From Octopus sinensis (Eukaryota): 64,000 bases of DNA. Below the pieces are notes generated by a model. It was not told the origin of the DNA and made no database searches. It worked only from the letters and a program-made list of their open reading frames with translations. Shown piece after piece: positions 49,804 to 60,994 of the stretch. Made by a program: the position numbers and the translations under genes. The stretch is taken from the NCBI RefSeq assembly GCF_006345805.1, contig NC_043005.1, positions 38,192,001-38,256,000 on the forward strand. Reading direction: 5' to 3'. How positions within the stretch are numbered: the first letter of the stretch is position 1; each line of letters begins with the position of its first letter.

Positions 49804-51079
49804 ACACATATATACACACATACATATTCATTCCATTAATTCGTGCTTTTTGTCCATGAAATTTCCTGCCCAAGGTATTGATTGATATAAGTTTAAATTC
49901 CAGGGAAGTTTTTCACTATGGCACTGTTGGTAAAAATATTAAGGCAAAGATCTGAATGTTCAACTGTAAGCTTAAGCTCTGAAGATGATTAGAGAAGATA
50001 CTGATTAAAATGTATGAGGCCAGGAGATGAATGCATAATGTTGTAGTTATTAAGTCATCTAAGAAGCATAGGCTTGTAAATAGATTTGTAATATGTTGCA
50101 AAACTATTTTTAAGAAGGATAAACTGCATTAGATGCCATTTTGCGATTTTACAAGGTAAAAAGAAAAGCAAGAAAGTGGCCATCATATTATCTTGAAAAA
50201 ATAAAATATTAACAGTTATAAATAGCTAAAAAAAAATCGATTTACTGTTGTGGTGGGCACTCTGCAGAATACATTGGTAATGTGATCAGTGGTCACAGAG
50301 CAAAAGGAGAGGTTTATGGTTCACGTCCCATCAGTTGGCCTGCTACATTTTTCTTTTTCTTTCAAAATGAGGTTTATAACATATATTATTTTAGATACGA
50401 TAAGGTTTAAACTAATATATTTTTATTGAAAAACTTAGAACCATGCTTAATTTTTTTTCCTTTTCTTTACATAAATCCTGTTCCGTTATTGGATATATTT
50501 TCTTTCTTTTTTTTTTTTTTCCTTCCATTCTTCTCTCTTAACCTGAAAGTTACTTTTAAAATGATAAGGTTTACAACTATATAAGCATTAACTTTCTTCA
50601 GCTGAAGTTTTCTTTAAGTTTTCTTTCACTTCCTAGAGTTATACCTCAATTAGATTCACATTTTATATTTTTTTTATTTCACTTTTAAAGTTATATCTTG
50701 TTTCTATGATCACATATATATATTATATATTATATATATATATACACTTGGTTAATTTCATTCTATCTTCTTTTTTCAATCTCTCCTTGGTTTTCCCCTA
50801 TCTTTATATTATCCCTATTTACTTTAATATCGCTTCTTAAGCAAATAACATATTTAACCTCATTTTCTTTGCTTTAGTTTGAGTTTATATTTCATTAATT
50901 TTTACATCATTATTATATTTGCTTTTATATTTTATTTTACTTCTTTTTCTGTATTTTTGTATTTTGTTTTATTTCTTTTATGTATTTTTTAAAAATTCCT
51001 TTTTTGTTCTTTTTTCGTTCTTCTTGTTTGCTTGGTTTTGTTACCTACATTACATAGAAAATACCCCTTTTCTTTGCAG

Positions 51080-51115
51080 AGCCTATTTTTATCGCAGGCC
51101 ATATACCTTATTTTG
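51080..51115 (+). CDS. Candidate 36-nt exon (EPIFIAGHIPYF in phase 1; SLFLSQAIYLIL in phase 0)
   Basis: ccccttttctttgcAG acceptor after a U-rich tract of more than 100 nt; TTG|GTAAGA donor; about 1.2 kb of TE-free context. Confidence 0.5.
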
Positions 51116-51536
51116 GTAAGATTTGCACAATTTTAACTGCAATCCCGAAAGCTGCATTTTTTGGGTGTTTCTTTTTTTCTTCTGATATTCCTATATAACT
51201 TTAAATATATAATAACAACCGAAAGCATGCAATCATACATACATATACACACACATATAGTGAATAATTATACAGATACATACATATATATAAAACATAT
51301 TTTATATAATTATAGATATACATATGATTAACACACACACACAAACGCACATATATATAACATATTTTATATAATTATACATATATATATGCATACAAGA
51401 CTATATATATATATATATATTATATATTATATATATATATATGTATATATATTATAAACACGAGAAAAATATATGAACAAGTACATATAATTAACTATGT
51501 CAGCACATATTCACACACTCATTTTTTAGCATAAAA

Positions 51537-51572
<36 letters not shown>

Positions 51573-51757
51573 ACACACACACACATACATACACACACAC
51601 ATATATATATATAGGTACTCATGGATGAAATTTCATGTCATTTTGCTTCAGTGATTTTGCAGCAAATTTCTCCTAACTTGTTATTATGTTAACATTATGT
51701 ATTGAAAGTGTTTGCATCAAAGATTGCTGTTTACTTTGAATTCTTTATCCTCTCCAG

Positions 51758-51775
51758 GAATTTATATATGAGTGA
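51758..51775 (+). CDS. Candidate terminal exon start (GIYI* or EFIYE*)
   Basis: gaattctttatcctctccAG acceptor; stops at 51769-51771 and 51773-51775 in two frames. Confidence 0.3.
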   Translation, partial: EFIYE

Positions 51776-53127
51776 ACATACTTGCACGTTAGCTACATAT
51801 TGTTGCTCTTTTCTTGTCCCTCTATTTTCATTTATTAATTTTTACCTTTTTTTTTTTTTTTGCAGTGCAATATGTCTCCATATATATATATGGGCACACA
51901 AAATAATATGTATGCGTGTGTGTGTGTGTGTATCATCTATTTATTAATATATGAAATGTGTATACAATTCTGCATGTAGTACATATATAAGTTAACTAAA
52001 TATTTTATACAAAGGAATTAAATATAGAAAATGAGTGAAAACAAAGGCAACTAAGTGATTCAGAAAATGTTGCTTACCAATATTTGTTTTGCATTGTGTG
52101 TATACATGTACAATATCATAGATTCCCAAACATCAGAAGAATGATAACCCACTTCTTAAAGACCAATTTTCTAAGGCTACAAATAATTCTCACTTCCAAG
52201 ACTTGCTTTTACTCTCCAGCCATTTATTCCTGCTGACTTAATCTTCACAATTTGATAAATCAATTGCCTTTTTATTGTTTCTGTTTTGATAAAGGTGCTC
52301 TCACACGTGTGTGTGTATGTGCACCTTTATCTTGACATCACATGACTGTAAACGAGCGCTCTGTCATACAAGCAACATGTTCATTTCCACTCTTCTGTGA
52401 CAAACGTGTGGCAATTAGGAAATATCATCTTGCTTGGAAACAGGTGAGGGTTGGCAAAAAGAAGGGCATTCATCCATAGAAAATGTTCCTTTACCCATCC
52501 ATTGCATCAGGACCATGCAAGCATGGAAAAGTGGATATTAAAAGCTATGATGATGATGATGATGATGATCCTTCTTCTACTGGTTGCAATGAAGCAGACC
52601 CACCTCTTGGACTGTAAATCTTTCTTTCAGAAATCTTAAATGAAATTAGTTGTTTTTTTTTGTTTTTTGTTTTTTTGTTGTGGCTTTTAACTTTATGACC
52701 ATATTTCTCACAAAATACTTCCAGTATGCTTCATTTAATGTTTAAAATAATGAATTAATTGGTGGGATCTACTGAAATAACAAATATTTCCATCATTAAG
52801 CAGCTGTTTGGAACATATGTTCACAAAAGTTTCTTACATGAAATAATGACTGAATTTTTAAATTTACATAGTTATATTTTAAAATAGACAGTCTTGCATA
52901 AATCAAGGGCAGTGTCAGGTAGGCTGATATTGGAATGGTTAACTATTGCTTCTTTTTATTTTGTGTTAAGTTATCTTATAACTGTCCATTTCTAGCTCTC
53001 TATTTCCCACTCCTTTTTCTTTCTACCTCATCCTTTTATAAGTGGGGTATTTTCCACTCTCCCTTAAGCAACTTATTGGCAACTAGCAGCAACCTAAAAG
53101 CTTTTTTCATTATTTACATTATTTACA

Positions 53128-53285
53128 ATTGACAAATATTTGCCCTCATCTTGTTTGTTGTTAATACAATGTTTTTGGCTGATATACCCTCCAGCTATCA
53201 TCAGGTGTCTTGGGGAAATTTTGAACCTGGGTTCTCATTCCTAAGGTATTTTTTAATGTTGTTAATATTATTATTGTAAATAATG
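53128..53285 (-). mobile_element. Penelope-like element terminal-repeat relic
   Basis: Contains a hammerhead core and a TTA-rich end; recalled as a common octopus repeat. Confidence 0.6.
53163..53210 (-). ncRNA. Decayed minimal type I hammerhead ribozyme
   Basis: AGACAC-CTGATGA-TA-GCTG-(10 nt)-CAGC-C-AAAAAC-ATT-GTATT: core CUGAUGA, stem II GCTG/CAGC, stem I GACAC/GTATT; GAAA mutated. Confidence 0.6.
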
Positions 53286-54334
53286 TATATAATTCCTCAT
53301 CTCTTAAATATAGAACTGTATTAGCTTTTTTCATCTCTTCAAAATTCTTTCAGAACATGGCAATGACCAACCAGAAGTAAAATGTAGTTATTCTTTAGGA
53401 AATTATCTTCACTTATTGCAATATCCACAGAACTCATAATCCAAGTTCATCTTATTTTACCAACTCCTACTAACACACAAGACATGCATTTTATTTTCCC
53501 CAAGTCACAAATCTATCAAGAAAATGCAGACCATTGCATACAAGACCACATACAGACAACTCACACAATGAAGAAAAAATAATATAAATGTAAAATTACC
53601 CTTAATACGAGAGTGACACAATATGTTGTTGCAACATTTTGAGCTCTTGTAGTCAATAAGGATTAAAATTATTAGTGTTGCTATTGTTCCAGTTCTTTAC
53701 ATTCTGAGTTCAAATCCAACAGAGGTCAGTTTTACATTTCATTCTTCCAGGGTCAATAAAATAATGTACCATCTTCACACATTTATGATATTGTGCCTAT
53801 ATTAGAAAAGATTACTATTATTGCTATTTGCAATATTCCCAAAAACAATTATAAATATAAAGTATTCACATTGATCGAGTTATTCAGGTCAATGGACCAG
53901 ATATTGTGATTTTAAAAAAATCATATAGACAAAATATGTTTGCTCATAGATATGTCAATTCCAGTAATCTTAAACATTTCTATGGAAACATTTTAAAGAT
54001 TAAGTAAATACTAGTATGCTGAAATTGAGGTCTCAAAAATATAGACTCTCAGAACAAATACTTTACCCGTGATCAGGTAAAGTTTTGAGGACAATACCAA
54101 ATGGAATTATTAAACAATATAACCAAACACCAGGAAACCCCAAATTAGCAGAATATCAAACAATATTTCCCATGTGTACTGTCCTCATCCAATTCTTTAA
54201 AACCTTTTGAAACTGAAAAATAACAGATTTTGGTCTCCTTTCCCTATAGTATAGCAATGTTAGCCATAAACAAGAGCAACCACAGATCACAAACCTCTGC
54301 CAAGACAACACTAATGTCCTCTCAACGATTAGCT

Positions 54335-54636
54335 GGAGATGATTTTTAAAATGAGAATACCTGAAATAAACTCAACTGCTCTCACAAATGAGAATACTAA
54401 AAATGAACCTGACTGCTCTCAAAAATTAAGTAAAAGACTGGAAAAATAATTCAGAATCTCTGTCTGATACCAGATCGATCCCCAAATCTAATCAGTTTGT
54501 GCCAATCACCAGGCCAAACATCCTTGGAAGTGTCATCTGAATCTATCGAGTAGTTCTTAAGATATCTTGTCCAAGGTCAAACAAACAAACACGACTGAAA
54601 ACAATACTACTACCTTCGCTAAGGCAGAGGTAATAA
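54335..54636 (+). mobile_element. Helentron/HINE-like non-autonomous element 3' part
   Basis: CCCCAAATCTAATCAG.TTGT...AAACAAACAAACAC...GAAAACAATA then hairpin TACCTTCGCTAAGGCAGAGGTA; classification from memory of this family. Confidence 0.45.
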
Positions 54637-54754
54637 CACCCAGAGTAAAACATTCAAGTAGGTGATACTTCAGATTTCTGTGTAAGATTTGGAACAGCTC
54701 CCACAAAACAAAGCAACAATAAAATAATGATAGTAACAATTAGAAGCAGAAGAT

Positions 54755-54940
54755 GAAATCTTTCTAATTTTGTGGCAAGGCCAGCTAGGAAGTTGATTAC
54801 GTTGACCCAAGTACTTGACTGGTGTTATTGACTTCAAAAGAATGAAAGGCAAAATTGAATTGAGAAGGCAATGAGCCAGAGAAAATGCTATTGAGCATTT
54901 TGTCTGATGTTCTAACAGTTTTGACAGCTTATCACCTTAA
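54755..54940 (-). mobile_element. Family B SINE, degenerate
   Basis: GTGGCAAGGCCAGC...GATTAC..TGACCC.AGTAC..GAATGAAAGGCAAA..GAGCATTTTGTC. Confidence 0.75.
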
Positions 54941-55139
54941 TAATAATTGTTTTTGTGGTTGTTTTTTGTCAGAGGGGATTGCAATCTATCAGTGTGCAGG
55001 TATTTGTTTTCCAGTCCTTTATTATTATGCTTCAATGATCCCTTTGTCAGTTTGGACAGGGTTAACCCAGGTTATAGTGGCCAAGTCACTGTTGCATACT
55101 CTTTTTGGCACATCTTTGTACCATATCTTGTTTGCTTTC

Positions 55140-55420
55140 ACTGCCCATAAAGATGTGGCAAAGCTACCAAAATATAAGAGCCTCGAAACTGAAATGTTCA
55201 AGATGTAGGGTATGTAGGTGAAAACAATACCATTAGTATCTGAAGAATTAGGTATAATTCTAAAAGACATAAAAAGAAACATAGAAATCATACCAGATTC
55301 ATGACACCACACACTGTCCACCAGATAGCTCTGTTTGGAGCAGCCCACATCTTGTGCAAGACACTATTCATTCAACGGAATAGCTCAACTAGATCAATCT
55401 CCCACAGACACACCCTATAC
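55140..55420 (+). mobile_element. R4/Dong-clade 3' end (further subfamily)
   Basis: KLPKYKSLETEMFKM*GM*VKTIPLVSEELGIILKDIKRNIEIIPDS, then after a frameshift VHQIALFGAAHILCKTLFI. Confidence 0.75.
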
Positions 55421-55439
55421 AATAAGCACCTAATAATCT

Positions 55440-55680
55440 AAAACAATAGTGGCACGTAAAAAGCACCAATCTGATTGTGGCCGTTGCCAGCCTCGCCTGG
55501 CATGTGAAAAGCACCCACTACACTCATGGAGTGGTTGGTGTTAGGAAGGGCATCCAGCTGTAGAAACACTGCCAGATCAGACTTGAGCCTGGTGCAGCCT
55601 TCTGGCTTCCCAGATCCCAGTCGAACCATCCAACCCATGCTAGCATGGAGAACGGACATTAATCGATGATGATGATGATG
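55440..55680 (+). mobile_element. Family C retroposon
   Basis: Reverse complement of 22853-23010; ends CCATGCTAGCATGGAGAACGGACATTAATC(GAT)n. Confidence 0.85.
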
Positions 55681-56587
55681 AACTCACATTACACATTATC
55701 ATGCACAACAACACAAATACCAATATAACAAGAAACAATAAACTAAACCCTATAACAAAACACTCTGATAAAGAATACCAACAGGAGGAGTCAATATTCT
55801 ACCAATCCCTACAATAGTAAGAATGCTGTGAACACTTTTGGGAACATGGAAGTGCACCAGGTGGCGCAATAGAAACTCACATGAAACTACTGAAGAAATA
55901 ATTATAATAAAAATCTGTTCTTAACACTCCATTCTATTGATCATCTTTGGTTGCACACAAAACACTGTGACAAATCTAAGATAGCAGAAACAGCTTCAAA
56001 CATAGGAAGATAACCAAAATTGCTGTTCCTTTTAATATGATTCTTCATATATATGTACACACATCTAAACAGGAAAAATCTTTGAAGAAACAAAAGCATT
56101 CACATACTTACATAGTCATGAATATATCCAGTACACACGAACTGTATGCACATAAGCATGTATACATATTTCCATACATAATAAATATAAATATGTATGT
56201 TTGTCTATATTGGTAGATATGTATGTGTGCATGTGTATATATGTGAGTGCATGTATATGTATATATATATATACACAAACACACATGCGTGCATGCATGC
56301 ATTAAAGAATGATAGGAAAAGACTGCATATGAAGTTGGAGCAAGTAGAATAACACAAGAGAAATAAAACAAAATAAATGGGTACAAGAGTGGGAAAGAGA
56401 GAGAGCAATAGAAACACAGAAAGACAATCAATATATTGGGACAATTTTGAAGTGAAATTTTCCCCCTCCAGCTACATTAAAGGAATATCAAAACCTAAGA
56501 ACTGATAGCAGACATATTTGCCATTCATTGCAGATTATGTGAAGTTTTTGAAAAATTGTTATTGAAGATATTGGAGGGACCATTGCA

Positions 56588-56619
<32 letters not shown>

Positions 56620-56758
56620 TACTGTTGTTGTTGTTACAAGTGCAATTTTTATACTATTATTTATACTATTATTTTATACTATTATTTTAAAATTTTAGTA
56701 AGTGCGTAATATTGTATCTATATCTACATAAGAGAGCATATGTCTATGGATGTATATA

Positions 56759-56789
<31 letters not shown>

Positions 56790-58921
56790 AAGAAAGAGAG
56801 AGAGAGATTTATGCATATGTGTTTATATATGCAATATATGAATATAAATACACATATATCATACAAAATATATATATACATATATAGTAGGAAACCTACC
56901 TCTGAAAGAAATATAAGAATGTAAACACATTCATCTCTGCTTTGATGTGTACAATAGGAAGGAGGAAGTCTCCTAATGGACCATTTCAAGGTTTGCCATG
57001 GGTAGGATATGTCATTTTGTGTGTATGCTTTGTTGCCTGAATGTTACGTTACTAGTGAGTTTTGGTCTGTAGTTGATAATATGCACGGTAATAAGAAACT
57101 AGTAATTGAGTCCATAGGGAATGGAAGGTTTGAAAGGTAAAGATGAGCTCTTGTTTCTGTTGGAGACAAACATTGAAAGAGCTAGTATGCCAGACTAAGT
57201 TAAGCACAAAGATGTCAGGTGGAGAGACCCACAAAGTTTAAATGGCACATTTGTACATAAATACACAAACACACATGTGCAATTTCAATTCTGTAAAATG
57301 TGAAAGTAGGTTTGAATAAGCTTTTGTGAGAATATTTTTGTGTGTAGAGAAGTGAATACATTTGTTTAGAGCAGGGTATGTAAACATACTGTGTGAGTGT
57401 GTGTGTCTATGTATTTACTTTTGTGTAGTTGATGTGAATAAGGTCTAATGGTATGGATATGTGTGTAGGAAGAAGAGATTGTGAAGTACCTAACAAGGCA
57501 TTTATCAGTGAGTTGAGGATGTTACATAAAAGTAGTGTTACTGTATGAAAACAAGGTGATGATGAATTCCATTTAAGCAAACCGTTTGGAGAGGGAAGAT
57601 TAGCTGTTCTTGATATTAGCAAGGGGTTTGATTCATAGTGTAAAATGCCACCAGTCAGATGAAGGTAAGCATGGCCAGGATAATTGAAATAATGAGTTTC
57701 AGAATTACAATGACAAATTGACGTAATCCAGTGTTATTACATTTGGATGGCTAAACTATATACTCAAAAACAGTCTGCAACTCTTTGACCAGTTTTTCCA
57801 ATCTTCTATTTAATAATAGCCAAAATAAATGTTGGTTGGTTGATTGGCTGGTTGATATCTACTGTCATACTTTAGACTGTAGAGTGACAGAGTGGTGTAG
57901 AGAAAGTAAAAGAGAGATACAGAGGGTGTTAACATTAGGAAGTTCAGAATGAGTGTCTTCTTGAAAAATACAAATTTTTTAAATGTAATTTTGTAAATAG
58001 ATTTTCATTGGAATAGATTACAATTATATTGATAACATTTTGAAAACAAAGAAATAAATAACATACATTTATTGCAAATATACAAATAAGAAATTTGTTT
58101 AATTTATTTTATTTCAAGTCAATAAATATTTTCCTTCTGAAAATTAGTATTCTGCACCGAGAAATATTATAGATAATTGTTGATTATTATTTTCTTAATT
58201 GGTACGTATTTATATATAATTACCTATATAATTTAGGTAAGGATTTACCCAAGGTGCCATGCAGTGGAATAGAATCGAAAACGGTCATGGTTTGGAAGTA
58301 AACTTTTTAATCATCACCCAGCCATGCATGCATATGTGTGTGTGTGTGTATAAAAGTTATATTTCTTAGAGATTTTTACTATCATACTTTGTTGTCCTCA
58401 GCCAAAGCAAAAATCAGCATGAAACTGAGATCACTTTTATCTTGAAATCATATTTCAACCTGTTAGCAGCAATTATTTTTAACATTTCTGTGGGCATTTG
58501 AATGATGAATCTGTCTCGGTGTGTAGTGAAACATATGCCATACTAGCACTGTAGCTAGTGTATTATCCTATACTGACTACAAGTAGATCACTTAGTATAT
58601 TTGTTAATACGCTGGATTCACATGGATCAATGATAATCTCTGCTGTCAGACTGAGATGATGGAGTATCAACCTATCTTCCTTTACTTCTCACATAATAGA
58701 TAGATTAGTAGCCATGATAAACCAGTAGCCTGTACCATACTGAATAATTGTTATTTTTTTTGTTATGCCAGTGTTGTGGTTAAGAAACTTACTTTATGAT
58801 CATGTGGTTTTAGGCTCAATTCTCTTGTGCAACACCTTGAGCAGTTATCTTTCACCACAGTCCCAGGCCAACGAAAACTATGTGAGTGAATTGGGGAGAT
58901 CAAAGCTGAAAGAGGAAACTC

Positions 58922-58961
<40 letters not shown>

Positions 58962-58962
<1 letters not shown>

Positions 58963-59270
58963 GGGAGTAGCAGGGAACTGTACCAGTTAGCCAAAAAGGA
59001 GGTTGGGCGGCAGGTATACATAACCAAGGGTGAAACAGAAAAGAAGTTTGCCAATGTCCAGTGACGTGAGGACCAAAGAACTGAGGTATTTCGCATTGCG
59101 AGACAGTGTGTGAAAGAAAATTGTGATGTTACAGGAGAGAAATGCGTTTGCATGGATGATGGTGTACTTGCTTTTAATGTTTCTGAAAAGAAAGAGGCTT
59201 GGAGAAGCCATTATGAAAGACTGCTGAATGTGGAGAATGAATGAGAGGAGAAGAGCCTGCCAAATGTTGT
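58962..59270 (+). mobile_element. RTE-clade LINE fragment
   Basis: GSSRELYQLAKKEVGRQVYITKGETEKKFANVQ*REDQRTEVFRIARQCVKENCDVTGEKCVCMDDGVLAFNVSEKKEAWRSHYERLLNVENE*. Confidence 0.85.
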
Positions 59271-59584
59271 TTACAATTTCCCCTGAAAATATAACCTGAC
59301 TTGGGGAAAATGTTATGTTACTTGGAAACAAGTGAGGGTTAGTGACCAAAAGATCAATCTGTCTGGATGTAGCAAATCTACTTCAATTAATCCAGTTTGA
59401 CCCATGCAAGCGTGGAAAGTAGATGTTAAACCAGTGATGATGATGATAACATCAACAAATGATGATGACAATGATGATGATGATGATTATGATTTCTTCT
59501 CATTTATTTTTTTATATCATTTTACATTTAATGCTTTATTGACACACTTCATAAGATTATTTTTGCTGTTTTAACACCATCCAA

Positions 59585-59850
59585 ACATGATCGTTGCCAG
59601 AATGGCTAACTGGCGTCCATGCTGGTGGCATATAAAAAGCACCATTTGAGCGTGATCATTACCAGATTCGCCTTACAGGCACTTGTGCTAGTGTGCAGGT
59701 GGCACATAAAAAAACACCATTTAGGCTTGGCCGTTGCCAGTACCACCTGACTGGCCCTTGTGCCGGTGGCATGTAAAAGCACCCACTACACTCTCGGAGT
59801 GGTTGGCATTAGAAAGGGCATCCAGTTGTAGAAACTCTGCCAGATCAAGA
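59585..59850 (+). mobile_element. Family C retroposon, 5' part with subrepeats
   Basis: GGTGGCATGTAAAAGCACCCACTACACTCTCGGAGTGGTTGGCATTAG..GGGCATCCAG.TGTAGAAAC shared with 55500-55570. Confidence 0.8.
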
Positions 59851-60994
59851 CATATAAAAACAACTAGATGTTTTTATGTATCTGTTGCAGTAAGCTAACT
59901 TTTCTGAATTCAATGCTTTTGGTCAGGTCAAGTCGTGTAAGATGAGGGGTTCATACCATCACAGCACATTGCTATTCATTATTTGGTGGTATATTCTTGG
60001 GTCCTCCTGGTTGATGTGCCAAGCAGATTCCCAATCTGTCCCTATCTCCATGAGATTCTTCCTCGTCTGTCATGGCCATGTGGTCAAACAACAAGAACCA
60101 TCAACCTACCCACATTCTCATTGTAAAGAACATGATAAAATGTTCTAATGTGGAACTGGCACTTCCAAATCATACAGGTAACAGGACAATCTCAGTCTCT
60201 GAGCAGAGTTGTTGATTCTTTCTCATGATTAACTTTGATTCCCCCCCACCACTCTTTCTGGGTTAGTCTATTTTCCAACCTAGCCTTCAGGGGGTCAAAT
60301 CAAACTATTATTGTCTCACCTTCAAAACACTGGCTTACACCTGCTAAAAATAAGTCAGTATAATATACTGAAGTCAGATTTGCCTTTCATCATTTTAAGA
60401 ATTAATAGAAATAAAATAAAATTAGCAACCCAGGACAATGGTTTGGTGGAGCTGTAAGGAAATGGAACCAGGCACCTTGTGGTACTTATTCCAGGTTTTT
60501 GTGTTCTGAGTTCAGATCCTGTCATAACTTACATGGGTGGTAGACTTCATCCATTGCTTGATTTTAACAAAACTGCCTAGCACCTTGGATGCTTTCAGCA
60601 GAGTCTACATTGTTGAAAGCATTCAAGGTACATCTCTAATGTGAGAATATCGTCTCTTGCCTGACTTTGGAGGCACTGTAAATAGTCATAAGCATTGCTT
60701 TCTCTTCTCACAAAGAGATTTTTTTCAAAAAAATACTGTGCATAACAATCTCATGCTTTAATGATTAATTTTTAAATTCATAAAAATAAAAATTTAAAAG
60801 TTAATTATAGAAAATAAAATGCTAAACATTCATAATGATTGCTTTAAAAGTTCAATTACTGCAACGTGCTGCATCAATAATGTGCATGTTGTGAGTGTTT
60901 GTTCAGCCATTCAGCCATTTTGTTAGTTTGCATGTTGATGTTGTGAGCACATATTATATTCACGATTTCCAACTTTTGAATTAATTCACCCTTC

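Noticed and set aside
57560-57630. RT-like motif FGEGRLAVLDISKGFDS
   Set aside because: It resembles Jockey/CR1-type ALDISKAFD, but flanking RT motifs could not be traced; too short to call.
60320-60340. Minus-strand 21-nt microexon (xVSQCFE) with GTGAGA donor, and 48010-48051 (SLELAEIKNILMFST)
   Set aside because: Short pyrimidine tracts and no coherent minus-strand chain; they show the chance background for by-eye exon finding.
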